Source: Octopus sinensis
Taxonomy: Eukaryota
DNA length: 64,000 nt
NCBI RefSeq assembly: GCF_006345805.1
Contig: NC_043006.1
Coordinates: forward strand, 81,034,001 to 81,098,000
Direction: 5' to 3'
Shown here one piece after another: positions 1-13,992 of the stretch; position 1 is the first letter of the stretch, and the number at the start of each line of letters is the position of its first letter. The translations under genes were made by a program, and so were the position numbers. The notes beneath the pieces are model-generated. The model saw nothing but the letters and a program-made list of their open reading frames with translations. It was not told the origin of the DNA and did no database searches.

Positions 1-235
1 GACTACACTACATCATACACAATTCGGTGAACGCAGATGGAATACTAATTGTACCAATAAATATGACATTTTCCCCAGAGCTTAGATTTGATTTTCGAAT
101 ATACGTAAGAATGCTTTTGAGAATTGATAAGAGATGAGACTTTAATCGATTTAAGTACATCCACACGATAGCGAACAGGCATTTGGTAAGCAAAATTTGT
201 TGAATTATTCGCTTATTTCTTTACAGAGCGGAGGT

Positions 236-340
236 GCGGGCGCATGGCCTAGTGGTTATGATGTATGTCACTTGGACATAAGTTTGTGGGTTCAATTCCT
301 AGCCCAGATGATACATTGAGTACTTGAGCAAAGCATAAGC
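236..340 (+). mobile_element. tRNA-derived SINE head, truncated
   Basis: GGCGCATGGCCTAGTGGTTA (A-box-like) and GGTTCAATTCC (B-box-like); resembles the heads at 7482(-) and 36984(+). Confidence 0.55.
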
Positions 341-888
341 ATAAGCATACAAAGCTGTAATGACTACTGTGTGCGTATTGATGTAGACGACGAAGGAAAA
401 GAGAAATATATGCTGTGTTTGTATGTACGTGAGAAAGATGCGTGCAGGTTATATGTGTACGCGCAAGCCTTTGCTAAAGAGAAAGAGATAGATAGATATA
501 TACATAGATAGAGAGAAATAAATAAATAGACATATATATATAGAGAGAGGGGATAATGAACTGAGAGAGGACTACATATGTTTCTATAACAAAGAAGGAT
601 TGATGGTGAATTTAAACGTATTTGTATTCAGGGGGAATATCAATATCCCTGTCCTTGCGAACGAGTGTGTACTCCAATCAATATCGACATAAAGAGAAAC
701 CCCAACACAGGTTTGAGTAATTAGGTTATACTGATACAGAGCAAGATGGATATAGTTTCCTTATTGAAAGTTTGAGAGACTAATTGTAGTGTAACTTTGA
801 GAGTATAGCATGTGCCTAATGATCGTCTGAAATCATAGAATTCACTGGATATTACTACGAATCAGAAAGTTCGAAGTGACCTATTACA

Positions 889-955
<67 letters not shown>

Positions 956-1059
956 CAGTATCTAAATATGAGCTACTAACAGTAGATGTTGCTGCCACAA
1001 ATTGCAAGGAAGTTAACGCAGATGAATACATTGAACTACCCAAACGAAGTAAATGGGTA

Positions 1060-2225
1060 TTAGGTTACAATCCTTAGCGATAAGAGACACTTCATTACTT
1101 CAAAAATCACAAATCTAATTTCGGCGATAAAAAGTTTTAATAATCTTAAACCCATTGAGACTGAAATACGAGTTACATTGGGATCGAAGTTGCCATTCCC
1201 CGATATTGACCTATACCGTTACGGTAATTTTAACATATATTAATGTAATAGACATACACTTGATAAATTTAGGAAAAAAAAATCATACATACCTTCAATC
1301 AAGTAGGCCTGAAAATTACTGTAAGCATTAATGTGCCCAAAGGTGAGTTTTCAGATGCTTCCGTAGACTATAACTCGTACACTTATAAACCCAATCATAA
1401 ACCGTTTGAGAATCTCATATATACTCATAAAAAATTCTGTCAACCCCTATAGTGTATAAAAACCCGGTAGCCAACAATTGGTAATAGGATATTTAATCTC
1501 TGTTGTCCAAAACAAATATTTGATAAATCAAGCCCCTACTCAACAATGCCCTGGCAAGAGCGGTTTCGAAGATGAGATATTTTTCAACACTTCAATTACA
1601 AATATGAAACCTAGAAATAGACATAGGACAATAATATGGCCCAGTCCATTGATTTAAGCGTAAAACTGACATAGACTAAAAATTCTTGGCATTATTGGAT
1701 AAGCATTTCAAAGTAAGCCATAAATACAGGAAATTGTTTAATAGTCGCTCGATGAAAATTAATACAGCTGCTGACACACTTAGAAGGATGTTATCACACG
1801 CAATCCACGCTGAGAGCACATTTTTAATTCTGATTGGGGAGACCTTGAAGATCAGGCGTGTTTGATAAACTGAATTGATTATGAAGTCAAAATCACAGAA
1901 ATTCTCCAAAATATCGTAATCGAAAGAACTACGTCGGTTTATACGAGGGCGATGCTCAAAACGACATGAAAGCCACCAGCCTTCTTTCTGACACATCAAC
2001 AAAAGTAGAGTCACTAAATTGGTTAGGCATGCAGGGGACCCAATGACCAGCTGCACGCCATGTATACTCAACTGGATTATCGTTATATAAATGGATAGAA
2101 GTGATGCAATCTAAAAGATTTGCCACATTGATTTTACTTCCAAGGATCCCACCACACCACACAACTCCAGATTCGAAACTATAAGCAAATTCGAGCACAT
2201 GGACGAATCTCTTTTGATGACGGAT
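1060..2225 (+). pseudogene. Degenerate Penelope-like element (RT C-terminal half + GIY-YIG), same type as the young PLE at 39-46 kb
   Basis: Manual translation across stops and frameshifts gives FPDIDLYRYGN, FNQVGLKITVSINVPKGEFSDASVDYNSYTYKPNHKP, RNRHRTIIW, KHFKVSHKYRKLFNSRSMKI, KRHESHQPSF*HINKSRVTKL and SKDPTTPHNSRFETISK. These are collinear with FPFIDAGLYRDD, FFQRMGLRITIDTNLNSVDFLDVNFN, RTRTRKVLW, KHFKQGHKFYRIFNRRTLKV, KTRFYSHKNSL and NQRSELMNLCRH of the 43-45 kb ORF. Confidence 0.8.
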
Positions 2226-2799
2226 TCAGCAGCTGTTTTGAAGATTTTGGCCTCCCTACCATAGAATTATTCTACACCCGTTGGATCAATTATGATTTCT
2301 TTCTTTCTCGGTTTTTATTCACTTTTTATTTTCTGGTTCCCATTTTTACATCAATCACCTTGTCGTCTTTTCTCGTGGTTTATCAAAGACCAGCACCATT
2401 GTTTTTTAAAATAAAAATAGCCATGTAAATTGAGTCTAAAGGATTGCTTGGAACCATGAGGCAAGTCAAATAAATCTGCCGAATTATTGTTTTTTCTGGC
2501 ATGAAAATATTAGTAGCTCATATTACTGTGTATATTAAGTGATATTTCTATCTCACTGCATGCCGTGTTTTTTGATGAACTGATACAAAGTATGATAATT
2601 TTTTTGAATTTGAGATGAGAAGAGAACTGGGGATAGAAGTTCGAATCGTTATTCTTGCCGTGAGAAGAAGGGGACAGATGAGTATTGTATATAATGATGG
2701 CGATATCGAAAGATAACTAAAGGATATATTGGATACGGAGGATGCAAGTTCCAAGGCAGGATGAAAGAAGTTAGCGTAGGAAATAAAACTGTCCAGTTG

Positions 2800-3400
2800 C
2801 TATCTGATGAAAACAGTAGCACCGACAAAGTGGCCTATATAACGACCGTACAGTTCGGGTGGCCTCTGATAAATTTAACAAAAACCTGACTTTTCAATGT
2901 GGTCTAGAAAGGGAATTGCATAATTGGAGCCAATCCTAGGCCTTATTGCAATAAGCTGAGTTGTTTTTTAAATTCTCCAGAGTAAGTAAAAATATTAAGT
3001 ATTAGGACGTGCTCTCTTAACAGGAGGTAACTTGTACTGCTGGATATAAGTAGGAGGAAAAGGTCAAGGAAGTGTTTATGAGCTGATAAGCCCTTGTTGA
3101 GGGCATGACTGGCTTAGAGTGATTTACTGTCCATAGTGTGAACGAGTTTTGACTCCCCAGATGGAAAACAGAGCGAGTTGATCGGGTTCAGGACATTGTA
3201 GGTGTCTTTAATCTGTGGGAGTAAAGCATCGAGTTGTGATAACATTTTGTCAATGTACGATTTTGAGAAGTTCAGTAGGGTAGTTACAGGAGAAGATGAT
3301 AAGATGACCGGGATTGTCTGGTTTGTGAATTTGGGGAACAAAGAAATGGTGGAAGTTCGAGTACGGGGTTTTCATTTGAAATGTTGAATGGATTCGCTAT
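2800..3400 (-). pseudogene. Degenerate Penelope-like RT of a second (RYIDD-type) lineage
   Basis: Minus strand MFPKFTNQTIPVI...YIDKMLSQL...QIKDTYNVLN...LVHTMDSKSL (PLE RT N-part), then PRIGSNYAIPFLDHIEK and YQRPPELYGRYIGHFVGA (decayed RYIDD motif, 2821-2870). Confidence 0.6.
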
Positions 3401-3826
3401 AAGTGTTTGTACTTGTAGAGATATTAGGCAGAGACAATTAAAAACATTATGTAGCTCAATCTTTCCAGGAACAATGAATTTACCATTTTATCCTGTTGTT
3501 TTATTATCCTAGTTGATTGCCCATGATTTGTTTAAGATGTAAGATTACTTGTATTGATTAAAATCACTGTATTTATAGTGCAGGTATACGTATGAATGAA
3601 TTTTACCATTTTATATGAGTAGGTTTGAATAAAATGCATAGTCAGCGCTAGAATGTAGTTGTAGGAAATTAAGCACTTCCAATAGCCATTGAAATAACCC
3701 CCATTTTTGCCAATCACGAAATTTCTTTCTTACCTTTTTATTCTTTTGAATCAGCAAAATCTGATTCATGTTTTTCCAGAAAGTCACTAGCGTTGGTATT
3801 CAAAACAACTTAACATAATAGAGAAT

Positions 3827-3867
<41 letters not shown>

Positions 3868-5346
3868 CATCTTATAATTAAGGGCTAAAGAAGGTTATTC
3901 TATAGCCAATACACTGATTAATCCACTTATAATCCACTTGTTACTGGAAAATTGAAATGAAAGCGGGCAACTAACCTTTAGAAAATTTAAATTTCGTTAT
4001 CTCTATATTGAATCAATTTCGAAATTAATCCGTATAAAGGATATATTCTTCTCCAGTAGAGCTTACGAGGGAACATAAATAAAATACTCACATGCGATCA
4101 TGGAAAAAGCAGAAGATAAAAACATATATATATATATATATATATATTGGGAATGGTTATAAGAGATTACGTACCCAGTGGTTCATTAGTGATTTATCTT
4201 ATCGTTCCCAGATATCATTTTTAGTGAGGTTTGAACTCGCAATTTTTTTAATATAAAGCACCTTTCCTAATTTCTAATAATTCTGTAATGCACCAAACAT
4301 TGCTATGCGTATTGTTTCTTGTGATTTATATACATCCAGTACACACGGAAAATGTGTTATAGTCGATTAAACTGACATTGCGTCTTGATTAGCACTTAGT
4401 TTATCGATCTCTGAGAAAACGTAATGTTAATTTAACACTAAAACAATTAGAAAACTAAACAAAAGTTAATTTATAATTGAACCTTTGGACCGATCACTGT
4501 CGATTTTTGCTGTTCTACCTCTTCTTAGGAATACATAAACTCTATAAATGGGGTATCACAAAAAACTATTTGCTTGACAGCAAACGTGAATGATGAGAAT
4601 AAATACTGAAAAAAGATGTAATTGTACTAAGAAGATTATTCAAAGTAGACACATATCTAATTTTTATGTTACTTTTTTCCCCCTTTTTCCTTCTTATCAT
4701 TTCTAATACTTTTTGTGCCAATTCGATCCATAGGTTATACTTGAGCTAAAAATATAAGAGGCAATGCACTTCCACTTACCGTTCTTTTGTATGATAATAT
4801 TCTTATTTAACCCACACATTGGTTAGAGAATCTATGCAGGAATTCTGTATTTAGAGTTAATATTTATTGTTAATATTTATTGTTCTTTAAATAAAAGGAT
4901 TTCGATTCCGGCTGAATAGCACTAACTTTTTCTTGATATACCTGTATTTGTAATGCCGAAGTCAATAACGGAACATGACTCACAGACTGACAGTTTTTTT
5001 TTTATATAGCAAAACATTCGAGTAGGCGGTCGGATGGTTGTTTGACTGCAGACGTAATTTTTGCACTAAGTTTACCGATTCAAGAATTTAAATCTTTAGG
5101 ATACACCTACTCAAATTTACTCAATGTCATTCACTCACGTCCTCTCTCTTTCAGTTTTTCTCTCTCTCTATCGTTTTCAGACTTACTACGTATATAGACA
5201 TATATATCTCACATAAACGTGTTCTCTTCTATGTCTGCTCTAAAATGGGTTAAATACATTTTTTAGCTTTTTATTAACCAGCCAGCTGCCAAAATAATAT
5301 CATAGGTTTTATATGTGTATAGTGTATATATATCTATATCATTCTT

Positions 5347-5383
<37 letters not shown>

Positions 5384-5414
5384 ATCTCTATCTATCTATC
5401 TATCTATCTATCTA

Positions 5415-5450
<36 letters not shown>

Positions 5451-5451
5451 C

Positions 5452-5482
<31 letters not shown>

Positions 5483-5492
5483 CATATAATAC

Positions 5493-5523
<31 letters not shown>

Positions 5524-5639
5524 CATATATATATACATACATATATATACATATATATATACATATATATATATACATATATATATATACATATGCATAT
5601 ATATATACATATATATATATATACATATATACATATATA

Positions 5640-5670
<31 letters not shown>

Positions 5671-5720
5671 CATATATATACATATATATAATACATATAT
5701 ATATAATATATATACATATA

Positions 5721-5763
<43 letters not shown>

Positions 5764-6048
5764 GATAGATAGATAGATAAATCGACAGAGATGTATATTC
5801 ATATATGTATATGTGTGTGTGTATATATATGTATATATATATTCATATATATATATATATATATTCATATATATATATATATATTCATATATATATATAT
5901 ATATATGTGTGTGTGTACGCGTGTGCGGGTGTACATATATGTATGCACACACATATATATATATAAATATACATCTCTGTCTATTTATCTATCTACATCT
6001 ACCTCTCTCTCTCTCTCTAAATATATACATATACATATATATATACAT

Positions 6049-6109
<61 letters not shown>

Positions 6110-6160
6110 TACGCTTTCGCGTACACGCATATATATGAATATGAGTATGTCTCTCTGTCT
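5347..6160. repeat. Compound microsatellite (CT)n/(CTAT)n/(CATA)n/(TA)n
   Basis: Directly visible; source of the spurious Y/I-rich ORFs. Confidence 0.95.
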
Positions 6161-7147
6161 TTCCGTATATGTATGTCTGTAATGTTGCATGCCATGTACA
6201 TATGAGTGCGCATATTTTCCTATATTTTATAACAAATAATTACATAAAAGGAAATATAAACTTCCAATACACAGAGGAATTAGTTTCGAGAAGAGAAAAC
6301 CACTGACTGTTTTTTGTGAAATCAATACTGATAAAGAAATTGTTCAATAAATGATATATTGAGGTAAACTAGTGCTGTATTCAAAGAGTGCCGTTACCTG
6401 GTGTATGTTAGCATCATTTTTGTCAGGGCAGACTCTTGAATGTCTGTCTATGAATGTTAGACTAGACAGCCCACGAATGAAAAGTAACTTTGTTAAAAAG
6501 AAACTGCTGTACATTTGAAGTGTCGCCCTCAAAGTTCAAGCAAATACGTTAAGAAATCTGTGAACTCTGGAATGTCCAAGACCCATCTTTTATGTCTTTT
6601 TGTGGTATGCCTTAAGAAACAAGACAGAGAAACTACTTAAATATATCGACCGCGGGTAGTGATGTTAAATGATTCTGAGAACTAAACAAACAGAATTTTA
6701 TTATGAAAACTTTTGTAATTTTCAATGAGAACATCAAAAATGCAATGAATTTGAGATACCTAAATAAATGCTTAAACCTTGGATAAATTAAAACAATATT
6801 ATGAAAAGACTTCCATATCACTGACTGCTTCTTATCACAATATCCAGAGGACACACTTGCTTCCAAATCGTAGCACTCGACATACTAGGATGTATAGCTT
6901 TTCTGTCTTAATAATGTGAGGAGGTTTAACCTTGGAATTGAAACTTGGCTGGAAATACAAAGCAAGGATAAAGAAGCGCGTAAGAAGAATAACACGCTTT
7001 TGTATAATAATTTCATTTGATCTATTTCGACTGGAACGGGCATAAGGGATTCAATCAACTAAGTGTATTACTGGTATTTACTTCATTCAATTTGTGTGCA
7101 TGGAAGTGTTTGTGCAAAGAGTGTTGAGTTTGAAAGTATTAGATTGA

Positions 7148-7482
7148 GACCCCCTTCGGTCATGATTGACCCTGGGATTGCACCTGGGAAAGTTACCTTC
7201 CCAGGCACAAGTCCGGCCAAGGTTGTTTATGGAAGACCAGCAGTCGCCCATGCATACCGGCCTCCCCTCTCTACGCCACAAGAATTATCCAGGGGAAAGG
7301 CAAGGGCCGATACAGTTTGGCACTAGTGACGTCGCAACTTATTTCTACAGCTGAGTGAACTGAAGCAACGTGAAATAAAGCGTCTTGCACAAAAACACAA
7401 CACGCAACCCCGTCCGGGATTCGAACTCACAACCTCACGATCGTAAGCTCGACGCTCTAACCACTGAGCCATGCGCCTTCAC
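7148..7482 (-). mobile_element. Near full-length tRNA-derived SINE (family C)
   Basis: Minus strand TGAAGGCGCATGGCTCAGTGGTTAGAGCGTCGAGCTTACGATCGTGAGGTTGTGAGTTCGAATCCC with A and B boxes; body homologous to the 36984 copy. Confidence 0.85.
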
Positions 7483-8077
7483 TAAAAAGTATTAGATAAT
7501 TAGAGGTTATGGCGGATACTATTCAAAATGCTAAGAGGACATCGAACACGGTATCAAGTTTTCGCGAAACTTATATTTAGCTATATGCTCTTATGTTTTA
7601 AATTCAAAATAAGTTGTATCTTTCTAGAACCAGTGGGGTCTACAGATTAATACCATTCATTATTTAATGACATATTTTGATGTACTGAGTTGAGATTCCA
7701 GTAGTTTTGGCTACGTCTTCCATTTCTCAGAGTTCAATAAAATTATCGAGCGTACACTGGAATAGCTCAATCGGTTACGACCTCACTTTACAGCATGTGG
7801 CCTTGTGCAAACGTGAACAATTGTTATTAATGCAATTACCTTATCAATATACCCGAAACCAAAATCAAACATACAATTTGGAAGATTGAAGGTGATAGCA
7901 GTTTATAAAACATTATAATTTACGATAAGAGTTTTATTGCCAGGTACTACGAATAGTCTCAATCTTTCCCCTCCTCCTCTCCTCCGATCCATCTTTGTCT
8001 TTATCTCTCTTTGTTTCATCCCCTTTCTTTCTTTCTGTTTTCTTCCTGCCTTCGTTTCTTCCTTCATTTCTTTTTTC

Positions 8078-8112
<35 letters not shown>

Positions 8113-8559
8113 CGTGCTTCACAATCTAGATGCTGTTTTCTGTTATCATATTTGCATTTTGGCACACAAATGTTTGAAGTTACAACATATTTCACGCGCA
8201 TAATAAAAGATGATAAAAAGGCGTATTCAGATGAACGTAAAAAAAAAGTGGATTCAGTTCCTGATCGAACTCTTTCTAAATTCACCTAATATAAGAGCGT
8301 AACAATTAACGGGTAGGCATATTGTTGATAATAATTATTTCTACTTTCCCTACGGTGAAGTATATGGCGGATTAAATTTCTGTATGTGAGAAACTAACCC
8401 TAACCCTACAGATAGCATAACAATCTGCATTGGCAAATACTTTCGTAGGACGACGTGATATTAGCAACATTTGCAGTGTTGCTCTTACGAAGTGGTATAA
8501 AAGATTCTCGGAGTAGTTCTGTAGTGCGCCAACAGGTGGCAAGGAGAGCTAACAGAGAC

Positions 8560-8828
8560 CTTGAGAAGGCAGTGTGCCGAGTGACATTGTTCTGTTTACT
8601 TCGTAAGTTATGAAATTCGTGTTTTTGTGACCACAAGTATGCTGTGGTCTGCGTTTTTTGTCTTGGACAGAAAGTTCAAACAAAGAAACAGCATGAAATC
8701 TTGCGATAAACTTGATAGTCTGCTCCAGAGACATTGAGCATGTTTCAGCAAGCTTAGAGCGATGAGGCAATGGATGGAACGCAATGTTTTGAGTGATACA
8801 GGTGCTTCAAAAGGCATGACAACTTCCA
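8560..8828 (+). pseudogene. Mariner transposase 5' fragment (N-terminal HTH)
   Basis: DRKFKQRNSMKSCDKL-KSAPETLSMFQQA*SDEAMDGTQCFE*YRCFK resembles the mariner N-terminal pattern EQR..KFC.KL.KSA.ET..ML.QAYG..A....FEW..RFK. Confidence 0.7.
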
Positions 8829-9510
8829 AATGTAACAGTTTATCGTGTCTATGAACAAGTTAAAGATGAAGGAAAGATTGATAGAAAAGAACATAATACT
8901 CGAAGTGCTTCCAAGCGCAAGCCAAAGTTTCTCGCTGGCCTCAACCCAACCGACCCATAACTATGACAACTCTTGCAAAGAAACGCAGTGTGTCCCTTTC
9001 AATGGTGTCCAGATCTGTGAACAGGGACCTTGGTATGACCAGCTATGTTCGACGACGCCATCACCTCCTAACAGCCAAGGCCAAAAGAATCATAGCAAGA
9101 GATGCCCAGCGCTTCTCTCATTCATGGAAAAACTCTGTTTGTGGACGAGAAGTTGACTGTGAAAGCTGAGGTGAATCGCATAAATTCTCGAATGATTACG
9201 TACACCCCTTCTGAATTCACCGCTGTGTTTGAGATTAAGAATTCTGCCGCTGTGATGGCGTTTGGAGCCGTGGCGACTGATTGGAGTCATGGATCCACAC
9301 TTCATTTAGTCTGGCTTGAAGATCGGCACAAAAGAGTATCTGGACATCCTCAATAACTCTCTCTCACCTTAGATGGAGCAGAAGTTTGTGATTGGTAGTA
9401 TGGTACTTATCCAGAATTCTGCACCATGCCATGGGTTAACAGCAGCACAGGCCTTCCTTCGTGAGAAAGTGCCATTTTTTGTGAGGGCTAATATCTGGCC
9501 CAGTTTTCTT
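8822..9510 (+). pseudogene. maT/DD37D-like Tc1/mariner transposase fragment, frameshifted
   Basis: TVYRVYEQVKDEGKIDRK, MTTLAKKRSVSLSMVSRSVNRDLGMTSY, LFVDEK.TV...NRINSR, AAVMAFGAVA, VLIQNSAPCH, FVRANIWPS. Confidence 0.8.
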
Positions 9511-10199
9511 CACGGCCCTGGTGGTTTTGCACAAGAGACGGATAGAATAAGTACAAGGAATATAGAAGTATATACTGGGGTGGATTTGATAAAATGAACC
9601 GTTGATCGTAATGCCCTATTTTGGCCGGAGTTCTATGACTGAAATGAGTAAAATATAAAAGATAACCGTTACTTTTTGTCTTTTGGAAGGTAGGAAGGTA
9701 CAATCTACATCCTCAGACTTCCACTCAAACTAACATAATTTGTCATATTGGCTGATAAAAATCTTAATCTATCACTGATCACATCATGGGCAGTTTTTCC
9801 TTTTTTGTTTGTGCTTTGTGATGGTCACTAGTTTCGTATGATATCGCAGTGTGTATAAGGGTCATGTTCCTCTGCTATATTTCACACAAAAGAAACCAAT
9901 CAACGAGGTTTTAGTGAAAATGACTGTCACAGAATGAATATAATTAAGTGAAATAAGTGATAGTCACGTGACATTTTAAACTGTCTGCATTAATCAATGC
10001 CACACAAAACATAAAATTTCCTTTTCCAATTATTATTTAATTATTTTTACCAAAAATATTGTTATCGAATTTTTTTTTCCTTCATTGCTATTTTCTTTTG
10101 AAAAATTATAATTTTCTCTTTTCCTGATTTATATCACCCTCTTCCGTTTCCTTTAGCTAATTATTTTTTCTCTTTTACTCTCTCTGCTTCTCTTAAATA

Positions 10200-10268
10200 C
10201 ATACATATACACATAGTTACATACGTAACGTACGTACGTACATATCTTTTTATATACGTACATATCTA

Positions 10269-10357
<89 letters not shown>

Positions 10358-10500
10358 ATGTCTATCTATCTATCTATCCATCTATATATCTATCTATCAA
10401 TATATCTATCTATCTATCTATGCATACATACATACATACCTACATACATACATACATACATACATACATACATACATACATACATACATTCATACATATA
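10200..10500. repeat. (CTAT)n/(CATA)n microsatellite
   Basis: Directly visible. Confidence 0.95.
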
Positions 10501-10529
10501 AACATTTCCTCGTCTTAAACACTCGTGTT

Positions 10530-10900
10530 CTATTTGCTTCAGTTTTTGGACTGCAGCCATTATAAGGCACGGTCTCCCAGACATTAGTCAATCGAATAAA
10601 GATCCGTCCTTATTTGGTTCAAGTTTAGTACTAATTCTTTTGATTCTGTTTGCTGAACCGCTAAGACACGAGGACGTAAACAAATCAAAATCGTTTGGAT
10701 AGTCAAACTGTAAAGCAGTAATATAAAGACACCTCACATATATTTATATTTGTACTATGATATTCTATACAGATTTCCTCTACAAAATTATCTCAGAATG
10801 CAAAAGTCAGAGTGTTGCTATAGTAGAAAACATATTACCAAAGATGCGGTAGAATGACACTGAAGTCGAAACCATGTAGTTGCGAAGCAAATTTTTCTTG
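10530..10900 (-). mobile_element. Highly decayed SINE family A copy
   Basis: GCTGAACCGCTAAGACACGAGGACGTAAAC and ACCATGTAGTTGCGAAGCAA match the reverse complement of the 23845-24255 SINE. Confidence 0.5.
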
Positions 10901-12372
10901 ACTGAACAGCTATACCTTTCTGCGTTCCTGCTTTTCTTGCTTTTATACTTTTCCCGTTACTATCAATTTGCCAGTAACCAGCTTCAGGGAAAGGTGAGAA
11001 GTTAAGTTTCAATCTATGTGAAATTCAGTCATCTCCATTTACATTCTGAATTCAATATTTCATTGAGTTTTGATTTTAAGATTTTTAAACGACTATACCG
11101 CTAACATAAGTACCATCCATGTACTGAAGTCAATATAAATAACTCTACTCTACTCATAAAACAAAAGTGTACTGCATCCAATTTCTCCACATGTGTGTGA
11201 GTTATAAAAACAAACATTTCTAAGAAGCATTGAGGAAAATGAAGGGAATTACTGTTATAGAGACTATAATAATATTTGATCTGTTTGTTATAAAATTCCT
11301 TAACACATATTATCAATTCGGTGGATGAAGACAGTGAAGAGGCAGATTCGTTAGTACGTCCGATAAAAGATTTAGTGTCATTTCTTCCAGCAATGTATGT
11401 ATGTACTAACTTCAAACCTGGCGGAGGTCAACTTTGCAATTCATTTCTTCGGGGTCGGTAAAATAAAGTACAGTCAAGTACTAGGTGTGCAGTGGTGCAA
11501 TGTAATTGACCAACTCAATCTCCAACCCTAAAATTGCTGGTTTTGTGCCAAAACGTAAAGTGATTATTTACTGCCATATAATATGTGTTCATAGTGTTTA
11601 CAATTTGCCGTGGAACATAAAGGATCGTTACTAATTCATACCAAGGAACTCTGATTTAGCAGACATTAATTATTCTAACAGTGATAAATTAATATTGCTT
11701 GATGGATACATAATTCAATGCAACCTTCTGTTTCCAAGACGGTGAAATATCAATAAGTGGGAGTTGGATGGTATTTTTGATAGGTCGAACACATACACTT
11801 GTGGTTTCAACTTCATTTATTTGAATAGAAATTACTGAAACAGGACTGTAACGTGACCTCTCCTCTCGAGGCTTTGAACTATGAAGTACATGCTGAGAAA
11901 AGTCTTATTAGTTTTTACAATGATCGTCCTCAACGGATTAGTGAAGATATATCTAGCAGCGTACATACTAACAGAAGGCAGACTAAGTCATTAAAATCTT
12001 GAGCAACAGTAATGAAGAGGAAGTAAATTTGCAAATTTCCCTCTAGTCACTTCAAAATTTTAATTAACTGCAAATCCCAGTGACGTGATGAATATTGAAT
12101 TCAGTGACTTGAATGTGACATATTCATAGCACAAGTGATGATAATATTAGCAAAATGAATATAAGCCAGTTAAAGTATGTGTTATATATGCAACGAGTAA
12201 TCGAAAACAATATCTATCTCCAAGAAACAAATTTAACAAAAGAAGGTGGCATTTTAAATCATATATAAATACATACACACATACACACACACAACACACA
12301 ACACACACCACACACACACACACACCACACACACACAACACACACACACACATACACACACACACATATATA

Positions 12373-12412
<40 letters not shown>

Positions 12413-12414
12413 AG

Positions 12415-12590
12415 CCACTAAACCTTTTTCCATTTTCTGTTCCTGTTTATTTCTGTGTTCCTTTCTATCGAAGAGCGTAGGCTCAAAATGTAAAAGGCTT
12501 TCTCAGTTCCCGAGCGTTAGTTAACTAATACATTATTGTTTACACACCCGTCTTCGTCGTTTTGGTTTTTTTTTTGTAAATTCTCACTCT
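12415..12590 (+). mobile_element. Short PLE-terminus-like repeat with decayed HHR-variant motif (CUGUNGA family)
   Basis: CTTT-CTATCGA-A-GAGC-GTAG-GCTC-AAAA-TGTA-AAAG at 12461-12496; flanks homologous to the 30.3, 46.7, 47.7 and 50.7 kb copies. Confidence 0.6.
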
Positions 12591-13992
12591 ATGTATATAT
12601 ATACCACGTAAAATATATCTACACGTACGCTCAAACACATATATATCGATACATATGTGTATACATATACACGTAGCCTAATGGCTGTAAGCACATTCCA
12701 TAGTGACTAGGCAGATTATTCTCTACGCCAACATCTACTGCGAAAAGCCATGAATGTCATTTCCTGCTTGCAATCTTACGAAAGACTCCCGTACTTAACA
12801 CGATTCAATTCATAGGCCTGATCACACACCTGATCAGGAATCGATGCCACACTCTTCTAGGCATGAGGGCAACACTTTAACCACTAAGCCATGCACATCC
12901 GCAAAAGCAATATGAAATGACTTAAAATAATATATGTGCTAAAAATTATATTGCTTTATTGAGGACTTTCAATTTTTCGAGACTATTCTATTCTCACATT
13001 TTGATTTTACGTGATTTAATTTGTCAGCATGTAAAGTTCGTGATCATTATACCTCCAAAACCTCGAGGTTTAGTTCCGTTTATAATTGATTGATATCTGC
13101 TGGGGATGAAAATGAAATTGATTTGCTTATTATATATCACTCTAGGTGATGTAATGTTATTGTTTTGACGAGTTCTGCTGACGCATTTCCTATAACAAGT
13201 TTATAAAGCTTAGCAAATTTCAATAATCTTCCTCCCCCGTGGTTAGTTTTCTTTTTTTCTTTTCTTCCAAATAACATTTACCAACTTTTCTAAATATCAT
13301 AAGTAACTATTTTAATATGTGCATTCCCAGGCCTTGATTTGTAAATATGTATTTTTCTTTTGTTTTTGTTTCCTCCAAAACAAAAAATTGTATCTTGTAT
13401 AATTTCTCCACCTTTTCAGCACAGGTAGTTGACGAGTGAATTTGTTGAGTAAAATGATATATAGATTAACGTCATGTCTTATTGTACACATTCAGGTGGA
13501 AATCGTTAAGCAATGTGTTATTTATTTGGGAAATATTTATGCAACACAATCATTCCATGCTTATAGTTCTCCCGATGAAACCATGTTATGTGTCTGCTAC
13601 TTGTCGCACACTCTCCACATTTTGCCCAACTCCTTTCGATAGCACGTCAAGAATATCTCTACGTCAAGTTATTGCTCTACTTTTCTCGATTGACGAAGGA
13701 TCCTTGGGTCCTTAAAGTCTAGCTATAACGAAATGTTCACATAATTTACTTGTGTTTTTGCATGTGTAACTTCGCCCTGAGAACTGGGCGATCTAAAATG
13801 GCAATTGATTTTTATCATATATCATTACACAGATAAAGTTAAAGGGTCTCAGTATTTTACAGATATGACCTATCAGTGATTTTTAAAAAATTTTTTCTAT
13901 GACCTTCTTTCACACTCTGAGAGATTTACTGTAAGGCAGAGTACCAGGAGCATATGGAAGCTAGCCAGGTCTCACGTGTGCACAAATGTATA

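Noticed and set aside
4780-4844. Minus-strand AG...GTAAGT exon candidate
   Set aside because: Stops in all three frames.
5315-6213. Long Y/I/H/T-rich ORFs here and at 14.3, 17.6-18.4, 29.5, 37.0, 50.4, 52.4 and 54.1 kb
   Set aside because: Translations of stop-free microsatellites, not genes.
7410-7482. tRNA-like heads (also 36500-36564 and 36984-37050) as tRNA genes
   Set aside because: They continue into SINE bodies and lack a complete acceptor stem.
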